From Myxococcales bacterium (GTDB lineage: Bacteria > Myxococcota_A > Polyangia > Polyangiales > Ga0077539): a stretch of 64,000 nucleotides of DNA. Below, in pieces: positions 19,851 through 28,651 of the stretch. The DNA lies in contig JAEUKI010000056.1 in the NCBI GenBank assembly GCA_016793325.1, forward strand, positions 4,221 through 68,220. The letters run 5' to 3'. Numbering within the stretch: position 1 is the stretch's first letter; each line of letters opens with the position of its first letter. The position numbers and the translations under genes were made by a program. The notes under the pieces were generated by a model. That model saw only the letters and a list, made by a program, of their open reading frames with translations, was not told the origin of the DNA and searched no databases.

Positions 19851-20911
19851 AAGCGTCGCTCGTGTTCGATCGTCGGAGCCGACATCAAGACCTCGCGGCG
19901 TCTCGCGCGCTGAGCATCGTCGTTGTCTCGATCGCCGTCGTGCTCGCGGCGCGAACGACGTTTGCGCAAGCCGACGCGGGCACGCGCGGTGACGCGGCCA
20001 TTCGCGGCGATGCGGGACCTTCCGCCGACGCGAGCGCGAGCGCAGTTGCCGTCGACCCGCGCGCCGCCGAGGCTCGCGGCGCGTTCGAACGAGGCGTCGC
20101 GTTGTCGCAAGAAGAGCGGTGGGGCGAGGCGCTCGAAGAGTTCCGACGCTCGATGGAGCTCGTCGAGCGGCCGAGCACGGCGTTCAACATGGCGACGACG
20201 CTCGTTCGGTTGGGGCGTCACGTCGAAGCGATCCGCGCGTTCGAGCGGTACGTGCAGCTCGCCGACCCCGTCGCCGACGCCGCGCGCTTCGCGAGCGTGC
20301 AAGAGCAACTCGTCGCCGAGCGAGCCATCGTCGCCACGGTGCAGCTCACGGTCGAACCTGCGACTGCGGAGCTCCGGGTCGACGGTCGCTCGACGAGCGA
20401 GACGGGCGTGAGTCGAACGCTGACGCTCGACCCTGGGTCGCACACGATCGAGCTCAGCGCGCCGCGGCATCGGGCGTTTTCGACTGCGTTTCGGCTCACC
20501 AACGGCGAGCGGCGCGCGATCGACGCGAGGCTCGAAGCGGTCACCCTCGCGACGCTCGAGGTCAGCCCGAGCGACCCGTCTGCGATCGTCACGGTCGACG
20601 GCGCGCCGTTCGGGCGCGGGCCTCGGCAGGTCGCCGCAGGAGCACACGAAATCAACGTCACGGCGGTCGGCTACGACCGCTATCGTCGTCGCGTCACGCT
20701 CGAGCCCGAGAGCACGCTGCGCGTGGACGCGGCGCTGCAACGGACGGTCGTCGTGAGGCCCCTTCACGCGAACCCAGTGTTCTGGGCGGTGGTCGGCGGC
20801 GGCGTGGCCGTCGTCGCGACCGCGGTGATCCTCGGCGTCGCGCTCACGACGCAGGCGCCCGAGCTAGGCACGTCCACTGGGATCGTGATTCAGGGCTTGT
20901 CCGACCGCTGA
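19844..20911 (+). CDS. Secreted TPR-like + PEGA-domain protein with C-terminal TM anchor
   Basis: Overlaps kinase stop (operon). Signal peptide IVVVSIAVVLAARTTFAQA. PEGA-like beta-sandwich repeats (LTLDPGSHTIELSAPRHRAF; GAHEINVTAVGYDRYRRRVTLEPES). Terminal TM VFWAVVGGGVAVVATAVILGVAL. Confidence 0.6.
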   Translation: MVEASLVFDRRSRHQDLAASRALSIVVVSIAVVLAARTTFAQADAGTRGDAAIRGDAGPSADASASAVAVDPRAAEARGAFERGVALSQEERWGEALEEFRRSMELVERPSTAFNMATTLVRLGRHVEAIRAFERYVQLADPVADAARFASVQEQLVAERAIVATVQLTVEPATAELRVDGRSTSETGVSRTLTLDPGSHTIELSAPRHRAFSTAFRLTNGERRAIDARLEAVTLATLEVSPSDPSAIVTVDGAPFGRGPRQVAAGAHEINVTAVGYDRYRRRVTLEPESTLRVDAALQRTVVVRPLHANPVFWAVVGGGVAVVATAVILGVALTTQAPELGTSTGIVIQGLSDR

Positions 20912-22665
20912 GCGAGGTTGGCGCGAACGCGCGCGACTTCGCGCGTGAAGATCCGCCGCAGGATCGCCGAAGCGCAGCCGTACGTGCTCTCGACGCCGAA
21001 GTAGCTGAGCGACTTCGACAAGAGCTCTTGTCGCCGCGAGTACGGCGTATCCGACGCGTAGTGAACGACGCCGAGCTCGAACGGAACGGCGTTGGACAGG
21101 TGCACGATCGTTCCGCTCGGATGGCGATCAGGAAACGCGAGCTCGAACACCGCGCTCAGGTACGGGCCCGCCTCCATCTCGAGCACGGTGTATCCGTCGC
21201 GGTAGTAGTCCGCCATGTACGCGCGGTTCTGCAAGAACGCCGAGCGCACCGTGAGCGCCTTTTGTCCGTCGAGCACCGTGCCTCGACGCATGAACGGCTC
21301 GAGGTCCCCCGCGCTGAACGCGTTGCGAAACAAGTACCGATTGCGCGAGTGCTCGTCGAACACCGTGTCCGAGAGCATTACGTCGCCGACGCGACCGTTG
21401 AGCGTCGCAGCCTTGCCCATGACGTACACGCCAAGCATGTCGCCCGCGCCCTGAACGAGCCGCGTGAGCAAATGGTACGCGGCCATCCCGAGGGGATAGT
21501 CGATGTTGAGAACGACCGCGTCGCTCTGAGCGAGCAGCTCGATCCCGTCGACCTTCACGCGTGGATCGAGGCGGTCAGGCCGGAGCCTCGCGAGGTCGAC
21601 GAACTGCGCGCTGACGTCGACCTTTCCGGGGCTCGGAACGGTGCGAACGCCCGACTGCGCGTCGTAGTCCTGCACTTGCTGCAACAGCGCGTGCGTGTCC
21701 ACGTCGGACTCGTGGAGCCACGCGCGCAACAGGTAGTACGACAGGTTCGAGAGCGTGTCTTCGTCGTTGCTCTCGCGGGCGTTCTCGACGACCTCGGCGA
21801 GCCGCTCGGGGTTCTTTCGGCGCACGAAATCAACGATCGCGTCGCGGTGGGCGCGCGCGTAGCCACCACACAAATTCAAGAGCGAGTGCGTGTTCGACGA
21901 AACGAAGTAGAGCGGCGGTCGCTTCGGCGCCGCCTCCCGCACGTACGCGGGCTCGATCCCGCTCCACCAACGATGCGCGGCGCGCTGGTAGCCCGTGTAC
22001 GTGGTCGAGAGCACCCGCAGGCGTAGGTCGCTCTCTCGCGAGACGATGGCGCGAAGGGCGCGGTCGATTCCGTCTCCGAGGGCAGCGCGGAGGGTCGCCA
22101 CGCCCGAGGCGTCGAGGCCCAAGAGCCCCGACAGCTCCGCGTCGTCGACAAAGACCTCTTCGCCGTCCGTCGTGCGCGCGATGGCGCGGCCCAACGACGT
22201 GTTGGCGAGTCGGTCGTGGAGCTTGTTCCATTCGATCTGATACGCCGTCACGATGGGGACGAGGTCGTCGAGGTCGCTGGTGCTCGTGAGAAACACAGCG
22301 AGCGTCTTGTCTCCGTCGTAGCGGAGAGGCCGTCGTCGACCCCGCGTTCGTTCTTCGCGCCAGTCGCGCACCTCGAGGCCGATCGCCTCGAACTGTTCGT
22401 GCGATTGTCCGAGGACGATCCGCTCGATCGACGCCATGCACGCGGGCAAGCGCGCGGCGGCGTACGCAAACGCCGCGACGTCGGGGACGACGTCTTGTGC
22501 GCCGAGGTGCAGCGTCGAGTCGCTGAACGCGTGCGCCTCTTCGAACGCCCGCACGCGCACCTCGCCCGTCGAGCGCAAGAGCGAATAGTACGTTCGGATA
22601 TACAGGTCGACGCCGTCGCTCGCGCCGTCGAGCGTGGTGTGGGGGAGTCTCTTGCCGTCGGTCAT
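20890..22665 (-). CDS. Conserved hypothetical protein (591 aa). C-terminal region weakly resembles the phosphorylase (PNP/UDP) superfamily
   Basis: Long ORF with balanced composition. ...YVMGKAATLNGRVGDVMLSDTVFDEH resembles the nucleoside-phosphorylase GSxG..GDVVxS pattern. Unverified. Confidence 0.55.
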   Translation of the reverse strand: MTDGKRLPHTTLDGASDGVDLYIRTYYSLLRSTGEVRVRAFEEAHAFSDSTLHLGAQDVVPDVAAFAYAAARLPACMASIERIVLGQSHEQFEAIGLEVRDWREERTRGRRRPLRYDGDKTLAVFLTSTSDLDDLVPIVTAYQIEWNKLHDRLANTSLGRAIARTTDGEEVFVDDAELSGLLGLDASGVATLRAALGDGIDRALRAIVSRESDLRLRVLSTTYTGYQRAAHRWWSGIEPAYVREAAPKRPPLYFVSSNTHSLLNLCGGYARAHRDAIVDFVRRKNPERLAEVVENARESNDEDTLSNLSYYLLRAWLHESDVDTHALLQQVQDYDAQSGVRTVPSPGKVDVSAQFVDLARLRPDRLDPRVKVDGIELLAQSDAVVLNIDYPLGMAAYHLLTRLVQGAGDMLGVYVMGKAATLNGRVGDVMLSDTVFDEHSRNRYLFRNAFSAGDLEPFMRRGTVLDGQKALTVRSAFLQNRAYMADYYRDGYTVLEMEAGPYLSAVFELAFPDRHPSGTIVHLSNAVPFELGVVHYASDTPYSRRQELLSKSLSYFGVESTYGCASAILRRIFTREVARVRANLAQRSDKP

Positions 22666-22742
22666 CGTGGGAGTAGGTCGGCGTAGGCTCGCAGAAATAC
22701 CGCAAGAAACACAACGACTCGAAAACCGTGCGGTCCCGGTCG

Positions 22743-22758
22743 TGACAGAGAACTGTCA
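22743..22758. promoter_or_regulatory. Perfect palindrome TGACAGagaaCTGTCA (third TGACAG half-site at 22814-22819) upstream of the TM2 gene
   Basis: Seen directly in the 195-bp intergenic region. SD aaggaagaaggaag precedes ATG 22860. Confidence 0.35.
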
Positions 22759-22859
22759 GCAAGTCGGAAACTTCGGCATCGTTGTGGTAGGTGAAGGGCA
22801 AGCACGGCGGCTGTGACAGTTACAGCAGCGCACGGGCGCTCTAAGGAAGAAGGAAGACG

Positions 22860-23303
22860 ATGGGATTCGATCCAAACGGCGGGCAAGGCGGACAAGGCGG
22901 ACAAGGCGGATGGCCGGGAGCTCCCCAGCAAGGCGGAGCGTGGGGCGGCCAGCCGCAACAGCCCGGCGCGCCATTTCAACCGCAACAACCGCAAGCAGGG
23001 TTCGGCGCGCCGCAGCCGGGCTTCGGCGCTCCGCCGCAAGCCGGCATGGCGCCGTACGGCGGCGCTCCGATGATGGGCGGCGCCGCGGGCGGCGCGAAGC
23101 CGAAGCAGACGATGCTGCTCCTCGCGATCCTGCCGTTTCTCTTCGGCTTCAGCGGGATCCACAGCTTCTACGCAGGCCACACGGTCAAGGGAATCATCCA
23201 GTTCTTGACCTTCGGCGGCTGCGGAATCTGGCAGCTCATCGACATCATCGGGATCTTCAACGGCTCGTACCGCGACGCCAACGGCCAGCCGCTCGCGCCG
23301 TAA
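22860..23303 (+). CDS. TM2-domain membrane protein with Gly/Gln/Pro-rich low-complexity N-terminus
   Basis: N-terminal GGQGGQGGQGGWPGAPQQGGAWGGQPQQPG.. C-terminal TM2 domain (LLLAILPFLFGFSGIHSFYAGHTVKGIIQFLTFGGCGIWQLIDIIGIF). Confidence 0.8.
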   Translation: MGFDPNGGQGGQGGQGGWPGAPQQGGAWGGQPQQPGAPFQPQQPQAGFGAPQPGFGAPPQAGMAPYGGAPMMGGAAGGAKPKQTMLLLAILPFLFGFSGIHSFYAGHTVKGIIQFLTFGGCGIWQLIDIIGIFNGSYRDANGQPLAP

Positions 23304-23398
23304 TTCTCGCGATGCGCTCGTAGGGGCTGTGGAGTCCAGTGGTGGGGGCTGGACGAACGCGCTCGCGCGGTGTGTTCTCACGCAGTGAGCGCGGTGCG

Positions 23399-23932
23399 AT
23401 GAGCGACGACGAGCGAGACACTCGAAGCGGTCCGCGCTCGCCTCGGTGGTTCGCCGCGGGCGCGCTCGGGCTCGGGCTGCTCGTCGGCGTCGCGCTCTAC
23501 TCGGGCGTCGCCACGAGCGGCGGCGCGACGTGCCCATCGCGCTGGCTCTTCGACGCCCCCTGCGCCGGCTGTGGGATGACTCGCGCGTTCGAAGGGCTGC
23601 TTCACGGCGACCTCGGCTACGCGCTTCGCGCGAACGTCGTTTCGCCGGTGCTGTTCACGCTCGCCGCGATCGTCGCGCTCGTGTTCGGCGCGCAGCTCGC
23701 GACCGGACGCGACCTCTACCGCGCGCTCGCTGCGCGGAGGCTCGTGCGCGGCGGCGTATCAGCGCTGCTCCTCGCGCTCGTATTGATTGCGTGGGTTAGT
23801 AATCAAATGCGCCACAAGCGCGGCGAAGGTCCACTTCACCTCCGCACGTGGCATCACGAGCACGGGCGAGCCCCGCTCGTCGATCTGCCGGGGGGCGAGC
23901 GGCAGGGTCAATCGCGGCCGGTCGCGCACTGA
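23399..23932 (+). CDS. DUF2752-domain membrane protein
   Basis: Start MSDDERD. Signature CPSRWLFDAPCAGCGMTRAF (CPxxxxxxxPCPGCGxTRA of DUF2752) followed by TM helices. Confidence 0.75.
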   Translation: MSDDERDTRSGPRSPRWFAAGALGLGLLVGVALYSGVATSGGATCPSRWLFDAPCAGCGMTRAFEGLLHGDLGYALRANVVSPVLFTLAAIVALVFGAQLATGRDLYRALAARRLVRGGVSALLLALVLIAWVSNQMRHKRGEGPLHLRTWHHEHGRAPLVDLPGGERQGQSRPVAH

Positions 23933-25803
23933 CAGAGCGAGCGTCGCGCGAGCATCGCGCACTGGCCTGCGCGGAGCCGCGCGACGTCGTCCGCGGCGGG
24001 TCCGGGGCCGAGGCGAGCGACCTGTCCGACGACGGTCTGCAGCTCGTCACATCGATCGCTCGTTCGAAGGAGCACCCTCGCCCGCTGCGTGGCGTCGAGC
24101 AGCGCGATCCGCTCGCGCGCGAGGCGTCCAGCGCGGCGACGAGCGTCGCTCGTCGGGCCGAACACCGTCTCTTCAGCGAGCACGCGCGCCGCGGTGCGCG
24201 AGCCCGCGAAGGACGCAGCGTGCAACAACGTCTCTGCGGCGCTCGCGGCGCTGTCGTCGGCGAGCGCCTTCGTGAGCGCGCGCACGAGCGGCTCGTCTTC
24301 GACGAGGCTCGGGTCTCGCGAGACGGCGTCGGCGAACGTGGCGACCGCTTCGCTGTTCTTTCGATCGGCGCTGAGCAGCAGCGCGAGCTGATACGCGACG
24401 AGCCCGTCGTCGTCCGCGTGGGGTCGACGCGCGCGCCGGCCGCGGAGCATTTCGATCGCCGCCGTGGTGTCGCCACGAGCGGCGACCCTGAGGGCGCGGG
24501 CGACCTCGCTCTCGCCACGGAGCGCGCTCATTCGGCGCGCCATCGGGAGCGCGCGGCCCTTGGGCGCGTTGCTGTGCGTGAGCGAGTACACGACGCTGTA
24601 GACGCCCGAGAGCAGGACGCCGACCGTCACGAGCAGCACCGGGAGCAGCACGACGAGCGGCACGTAGCCGAAGCGCCCCAACCAATACACAGGGAGGCCA
24701 GCGATCTTCGACGGCGGAACGAACCCGGTTTGCGTCGCGCTCCGCGGTTCAGCTCGGTCTTGGACGGTCGGCGCCGTGTTGGACACCGTGGGCGGCGCGG
24801 TGAGGTCGCTCGCGGACGCGAGCACCGTGTTGTGGTGCTGCATCGCTGACGCAGGCTCGGTCGACGCGTATGCGTACGCCGATCGTGCGACGGCGTCGGC
24901 GAGCGCGACGTCGATCGCTTCCATCGCGTCGGCGACGGAGGCGTACCGCTCGATGGGGCTCTTCGCGAGGACGCGATCGAAGACGCCGTCGATCGCTGGC
25001 GGGAGCTCGGGCGCGAACGACGTCGCGCGAGGAATCGCGCCATTGACCTGCAAATCGAGCAGGTCGATGAGGTTCTTGTGGTCGAACGGCTTTCGCCCTG
25101 CGAGCAGCTCGAACGCGAGGATGCCGAACGCGTACTGATCCGCTGCGGCGTCGACGCGGCGGCCGAGCGCTTGTTCGGGGGACATGTAGTGCGGCGTTCC
25201 GAAGATCACGCCGGTCTGCGTGAGCGGCTTCTCGCTGTCGGTCGCGCTCGTCATGCGCGCGATGCCGAAGTCGATGATCTTCACGAGCTCGTCGGCGCCA
25301 GGTCGATCGACGACGAGGATGTTCTCGGGCTTGAGGTCGCGGTGAACGATCCCGAGGTTGTGCGCGCGCGTGAGGGCCGACGCGATTTGTCGCAGCAATT
25401 TCAGGGCGCGAAGCAGCGAGACTCGCTCGTCGCTCGCGGTCACTTCGCGGAGCGAGCGCCCCTCGATGTACTCCATCGCGAGGAAGAACGTCCCGTCTTG
25501 GAGCTGACCGAAGTCCGTCGCTGCGACGACGTTTTCGTGGTCGAGCTGGGCCATGGCGCGCGCTTCGCGCTCGAACCGCGCCCGCACCTCGGGGTTGGCG
25601 TGCATGTCCGCGTGCAGCGTCTTGATCGCGACCTTCTTGTGCAGCGCGACGTGCTCCGCGACGTAGACGGCGCCCATCCCGCCTTCGCCGATGCGCTCGA
25701 GCACGCGAAAGCGCCCGGCGACGACGGCGCCGACGAGCGGGTCGGGCGCGGGCGCAGCGAGCGCGTTCGAGGGACCAACGGTCTGTGCGTCGCGATCAGT
25801 CAT
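23908..25803 (-). CDS. Ser/Thr protein kinase with TM helix and C-terminal TPR-like helical domain
   Basis: Start MTDRDAQ. GEGGMGAVY, VAIK, HRDLKPEN, DFG, SPE motifs. TM LVVLLPVLLVTVGVLLSGVY. Confidence 0.85.
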   Translation of the reverse strand: MTDRDAQTVGPSNALAAPAPDPLVGAVVAGRFRVLERIGEGGMGAVYVAEHVALHKKVAIKTLHADMHANPEVRARFEREARAMAQLDHENVVAATDFGQLQDGTFFLAMEYIEGRSLREVTASDERVSLLRALKLLRQIASALTRAHNLGIVHRDLKPENILVVDRPGADELVKIIDFGIARMTSATDSEKPLTQTGVIFGTPHYMSPEQALGRRVDAAADQYAFGILAFELLAGRKPFDHKNLIDLLDLQVNGAIPRATSFAPELPPAIDGVFDRVLAKSPIERYASVADAMEAIDVALADAVARSAYAYASTEPASAMQHHNTVLASASDLTAPPTVSNTAPTVQDRAEPRSATQTGFVPPSKIAGLPVYWLGRFGYVPLVVLLPVLLVTVGVLLSGVYSVVYSLTHSNAPKGRALPMARRMSALRGESEVARALRVAARGDTTAAIEMLRGRRARRPHADDDGLVAYQLALLLSADRKNSEAVATFADAVSRDPSLVEDEPLVRALTKALADDSAASAAETLLHAASFAGSRTAARVLAEETVFGPTSDARRRAGRLARERIALLDATQRARVLLRTSDRCDELQTVVGQVARLGPGPAADDVARLRAGQCAMLARRSLCQCATGRD

Positions 25804-25861
25804 ACGGAGGCTTTGCAAGCGGGACTCGGTACCAAGGAAACGCCTGTCGGCGCTCGTTCAT

Positions 25862-26839
25862 TCAGCGAAACCAGCCCCAGCCTCGGCGGTGTCCACGACC
25901 GCGACCGCGCCGGTGGTGGTGATGATCGTCATCGTCATCGTGACCGCCGACGATGACCACGCCGGGAATCGCAGGCGCGATCACCACCGACGGCGCGACG
26001 ATCTGAGCGTGTACGCCAACGCCAACCACCGGCGTCCCGACCACCGCGCCCCGACCGCGAGCGACGACAACGGCGGACGGCAACACTGGGACGACTGCGA
26101 CGTGCGACACGACGACGCCGCGATGCCGATGCCCGCGAATTTCGACATCGGGCACGGCCACCACGACGTCTGGCGGAAGCGCGACGCCCGCGTGCGCGAC
26201 CCACACTTCGCCTTCGAGCCGCGGCTGCACGGGAACCGCGCGCCCCTCGATCTGGACGTTCACCGAAGGAACACGCACCTCCGCGGGCGGCACGGGTCGG
26301 CCATCGTGATCGTAGAAGTAGAACGCGACGTCACCGCCGCGCGCTGCGACGGTTTCGACTGCGTATTCGCCGACGACTTGCACGCGCCCGCCGTGCTGCG
26401 GCGCCGGGAGCGCCGTGGTCGCCGTCACCGCGATGGGCGGCGCGACGACCTCGACGGCCGGCGCGCTCTCGGTCGCCTTCACGCTCACTTCGACCGGATA
26501 CGTCCCCGCGGAAATTCCCGCGACGCGTCCGACGTACCGGTGTTCGCGCTCGTCGTAGGTCATCGCGACGGGCACGGGATCTTCATCGGGCCGACGAATC
26601 GACACCGTCACCGAGTGCGCTTGCAGCGGTTGGCCCTGCGCGTCGCGGACGTACGCGACGATGCGACCGTCCGCTTGAGGCGCGACCTCCGCAGAGATCG
26701 CTGCGCCCGCAGCTATGGTCCCGCCGTGTTCACCGACGGCCTCGGTGCGCGGCTCCGAGCTGACGGTCGGCTGCCGCGGTGATTCACCGCACACGCGGAG
26801 CGCGGCGGCGGCGAGCAGTGCGAGCGAGATCGTCTTCAT
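25862..26839 (-). CDS. Hypothetical secreted lipoprotein with His/Asp-rich C-terminal tail (possible metal-binding)
   Basis: Signal/lipobox MKTISLALLAAAALRVCG. C-terminus HDDDDDHHHHRRGRGRGHRRGWGWFR. Confidence 0.5.
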   Translation of the reverse strand: MKTISLALLAAAALRVCGESPRQPTVSSEPRTEAVGEHGGTIAAGAAISAEVAPQADGRIVAYVRDAQGQPLQAHSVTVSIRRPDEDPVPVAMTYDEREHRYVGRVAGISAGTYPVEVSVKATESAPAVEVVAPPIAVTATTALPAPQHGGRVQVVGEYAVETVAARGGDVAFYFYDHDGRPVPPAEVRVPSVNVQIEGRAVPVQPRLEGEVWVAHAGVALPPDVVVAVPDVEIRGHRHRGVVVSHVAVVPVLPSAVVVARGRGAVVGTPVVGVGVHAQIVAPSVVIAPAIPGVVIVGGHDDDDDHHHHRRGRGRGHRRGWGWFR

Positions 26840-26928
26840 AGGCTTCTCCGTGGCTTCGATGCGGCGGCGAACCGATCGCCGCTCACGCGCAGTCTACGCG
26901 ACTCGCTGTGACGACGCCGACGCGATCA

Positions 26929-28491
26929 CTATTCGCCAGCGCACCACGCGGCGAGTGTGAGCGCGGGTGCGCTCGTCGGTCTTCCAAATTGCCAATCGAG
27001 CGGAAGAAACGCAGCACCGCCGATGTCCAGGTGGACGTACGCGAGCCCGCTGTTCTTCAGTCCGCTCGCGACGTCGAGAAACGCGAACGGACCTTGATGT
27101 CCGCGCGCTGTGTCGACGCTCGCCAGTCGATTGCTGCTCACGAGGTCCTCGGCGTTGGAGCGCGGCGCGCAAAACGCATAGTCCTCGCGGCGAACGCGCG
27201 TCCACTCCATCGGCTCGCCCCAGCGCTCGCCGCACTCGACGAGCGTCGCGATCACGCCGCGATCGCGCGCGACTTTGTTCTCGATCGCGCCGACGTACGG
27301 GCCGAACGCGCGGATCACATGGCCCGTCAGTGTAGCGACCGATGCGATCACCGTTGTTCCGCTGTCGGACTTCGCGCGCTCGCGAAGCTCGGAGAGGAGA
27401 TCCGCGAGGACGAGCCTGCCTTCGGCGTCGGTATTTCCGATGCGAACCCTCACACCCGCATGCGACGCGATCACCTCGTCGCTCACGAACGACTCTTCGC
27501 CGATGGAGTTGCGCACCATCCCGAGCAGCGCCACCACGCGCACGCCCTTCACCTTCGCCGCTGCGCACGCGCGCACGAACGCGGCGACGGCGCCTGCCCC
27601 GCCCTTGTCGCGGGACATCCCCGCCATCGAGCCACCTGTTTTCAAGTCCGCGCCGCCCGTGTCGTACGTGAGGCCCTTTCCAGCGAGGTAGAGCGTGCGC
27701 TCGTAGCGTCCGCCCTCGGGCGTATACTCGAGCTCGATCACGCACGGCCGGTGTCGCTCGACGACGTTGGACGCGCGCGCGACCGCGGTGAGCAGCGGCC
27801 ATCGGCTCGTGTCGCGGTGGATCGCGACGCGCACGCCCGTCTCGGCAAACGCCTTCTCGCAGAGCTCTGCTGCGCGCAACGGAGCCATCCGCTCGGGCTC
27901 GGTCCCCGTGATGTCCCGCCCGAGCGCGCGTCCGACTTCGAGCCCGCGGAGGTAGTCAGCCCGCGCCTCGGTCAACCCGACGACGCCCATCGCGACGGCG
28001 CCCTCGCCCGCGCGTCCAGCTTCGCGCGCCTCGAGCGCGTGCCACTGCGTCGCGAGCGCCGCGAGCGCGGCGACGTCGACGGCTCGCGCGAACTTGGCGT
28101 CATGGGGCACCGCGATCGCGAGGAGCGGCTTCTTGGCGCCGGACGCGCACGCGCGGTTGATCGCGGCGGTGACCGTCTCGGCGACCGCGCGCACGTCGTC
28201 GATGTCGTCGGTGAGCGCGCCGCACGTGGCGAGGACGACCCGCTTTCCAGCAGCGGATTCGCAGGGAAGAACGACAGGGCCCTGCGGGCCGCGCGCCATC
28301 GCGCGGTCGCTCTCGAGGACCGATCGAACGAGCGCCGCGACGGGCGCTGGCAGCGCGAGCTCGTCGAGGTAGTTCGCGATCGGCGAGGCGCTCACGAGCA
28401 CGAGGGCGTCGAACGACGAGGGCGACGCGGACGATGCTTCGAGCGCGATGGCGTCCTTCGCGACGCCGAGCAGCAACGGGGTGACGTACAT
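26929..28491 (-). CDS. pepA: Leucyl aminopeptidase, M17 family
   Basis: M17 signature NTDAEGRLVLAD plus metal-ligand region (KGLTYDTGG, DKGGAG). Confidence 0.85.
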   Translation of the reverse strand: MYVTPLLLGVAKDAIALEASSASPSSFDALVLVSASPIANYLDELALPAPVAALVRSVLESDRAMARGPQGPVVLPCESAAGKRVVLATCGALTDDIDDVRAVAETVTAAINRACASGAKKPLLAIAVPHDAKFARAVDVAALAALATQWHALEAREAGRAGEGAVAMGVVGLTEARADYLRGLEVGRALGRDITGTEPERMAPLRAAELCEKAFAETGVRVAIHRDTSRWPLLTAVARASNVVERHRPCVIELEYTPEGGRYERTLYLAGKGLTYDTGGADLKTGGSMAGMSRDKGGAGAVAAFVRACAAAKVKGVRVVALLGMVRNSIGEESFVSDEVIASHAGVRVRIGNTDAEGRLVLADLLSELRERAKSDSGTTVIASVATLTGHVIRAFGPYVGAIENKVARDRGVIATLVECGERWGEPMEWTRVRREDYAFCAPRSNAEDLVSSNRLASVDTARGHQGPFAFLDVASGLKNSGLAYVHLDIGGAAFLPLDWQFGRPTSAPALTLAAWCAGE

Positions 28492-28506
28492 GGGGCGCGG
28501 AGACTA

Positions 28507-28619
28507 AACCGCCGCTCGTTCGATCGCCGTACTTTTCTCGATGGATTCGTGGCGGTTCGACTTGATTTCAAGCACGCCAACGCTCGTCTCATTTCGAAGA
28601 CGTTCAACGCTGGCGTGGT
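28507..28619. ncRNA. Copy A of a ~113-nt conserved intergenic element (candidate sRNA or MITE). ~83% identical to copy B at 40276..40388
   Basis: Direct alignment of the two intergenic copies. Two predicted hairpins conserved, with wobble/compensatory changes (GAUCGCCGU/GUGGCGGUUC and GCACGCC/GGCGUG). The implied peptides are not conserved, so the conservation is at nucleotide level. Confidence 0.4.
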
Positions 28620-28651
28620 TCGTCGGCGCCCGGCTCCGTCGGGGACGCGCG

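Noticed and set aside
20119-22026. 635-aa plus-strand ORF antisense to the 591-aa hypothetical (and similar antisense ORFs 10814..12343-, 28541..30655+, 43397..44839-, 45608..46843-, 47561..48949-, 50264..52303-, 53493..54401-, 62882..63979-)
   Set aside because: All are high-Arg, repeat-like, motif-free translations of the antisense strand of well-supported genes. This is an expected artefact in high-GC DNA.
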